From: Verrucomicrobiota bacterium
Lineage (GTDB): Bacteria; Verrucomicrobiota; Verrucomicrobiia; Limisphaerales; Palsa-1400
Direction of reading: 5' to 3'
DNA length: 17,231 nucleotides
Assembly: GCA_049510745.1 (NCBI GenBank)
Contig: JBEKYR010000068.1
Location: forward strand, 1 to 17,231
In this document: positions 16,747 to 17,231 of the stretch, one piece after another
Layout of the letters: the number at the start of each line of letters is the position of its first letter
How positions within the stretch are numbered: position 1 is the first letter of the stretch
The notes under the pieces: model-generated
Told to the model about the DNA's origin: nothing
The model's database searches: none
Seen by the model: the letters and a program-made list of their open reading frames with translations, nothing else
Made by a program: the position numbers and the translations under genes

Positions 16747-17121
16747 TCAAGCGGGCGTCATGTCTGCTGGAAAATACGAGCGGTATTTTCGGCGCGGGTC
16801 TTGGTTGCTGGATGGTGTCACCGTGCCACACGGATGCTGCCAAACCTGGCGGCGGTTGTTCCAATGGAAGCCAAACTCCGACAATGCCGCCGTGATTTTC
16901 CTCGGCTGTTTGCCTTCAAACTGAATCCAAACCCACTTGCCAACCACTTCTGCCAACTCCCAAAACTCCGGTGCCTCCCGGCGAATAAGGTTCAACAGTG
17001 ATTCGGTCGGCAGTCCGCGATTGCGATTTCGGCGAGCGAAATCAATTCTTTGCAGTGTTTCCCCACTGCGCTGTGCGGTCCGGTTCTTGAGCTCTGAATC
17101 TGAATTTGTATTTGTTTTCAT
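16747..17121 (-). CDS. Hypothetical mobile-element protein
   Basis: 124 aa with EVVGKWVWIQF...LSEFGFHWNNRRQVWQH; A-rich translation initiation region. Confidence 0.75.
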   Translation of the reverse strand: MKTNTNSDSELKNRTAQRSGETLQRIDFARRNRNRGLPTESLLNLIRREAPEFWELAEVVGKWVWIQFEGKQPRKITAALSEFGFHWNNRRQVWQHPCGTVTPSSNQDPRRKYRSYFPADMTPA

Positions 17122-17231
17122 AATCTTTTTTTTTGCTGCTGTGCGTTCTCGGCCTCTCGCCCTTCACGAAAAAGCCTGCGGAACAGGGCGGCCAGCGGGA
17201 GTAGTCTTCAGAGGGCACCGCGTCCGGCCCC

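Larger units (their letters stand above)
14619..17231. mobile_element. Left end of a tRNA-Cys-integrated genomic island (IME/ICE-like); right end outside window
   Basis: tRNA 3' end immediately followed by a palindrome, direct repeats, a tyrosine recombinase and small mobile-element-type genes. Confidence 0.8.

Overview
GC-rich bacterial chromosome segment; gene content and repeat style suggest Verrucomicrobiota (inference). It opens with the 5' part of carA on the minus strand. Divergent from carA, a near-consensus sigma70 promoter fires into a structured, ORF-free 130-170 nt segment (candidate ncRNA). Next come a lower-GC lipoprotein gene flanked by short-repeat DNA, ppk1, a YgjP-like protein, an uncharacterised HPPD/DUF1338-like metalloenzyme coupled to a serine-hydrolase/NamZ fusion, a DUF6600-like protein, hpnA, a TPR protein and mtnA. 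tRNA-Cys(GCA) marks the left end of an integrated element that runs off the window. That element encodes a tyrosine recombinase whose first catalytic Arg appears replaced by Ser, followed by a hairpin-dense spacer and three small minus-strand genes. All calls come from manual reading; no searches or folding programs were run.
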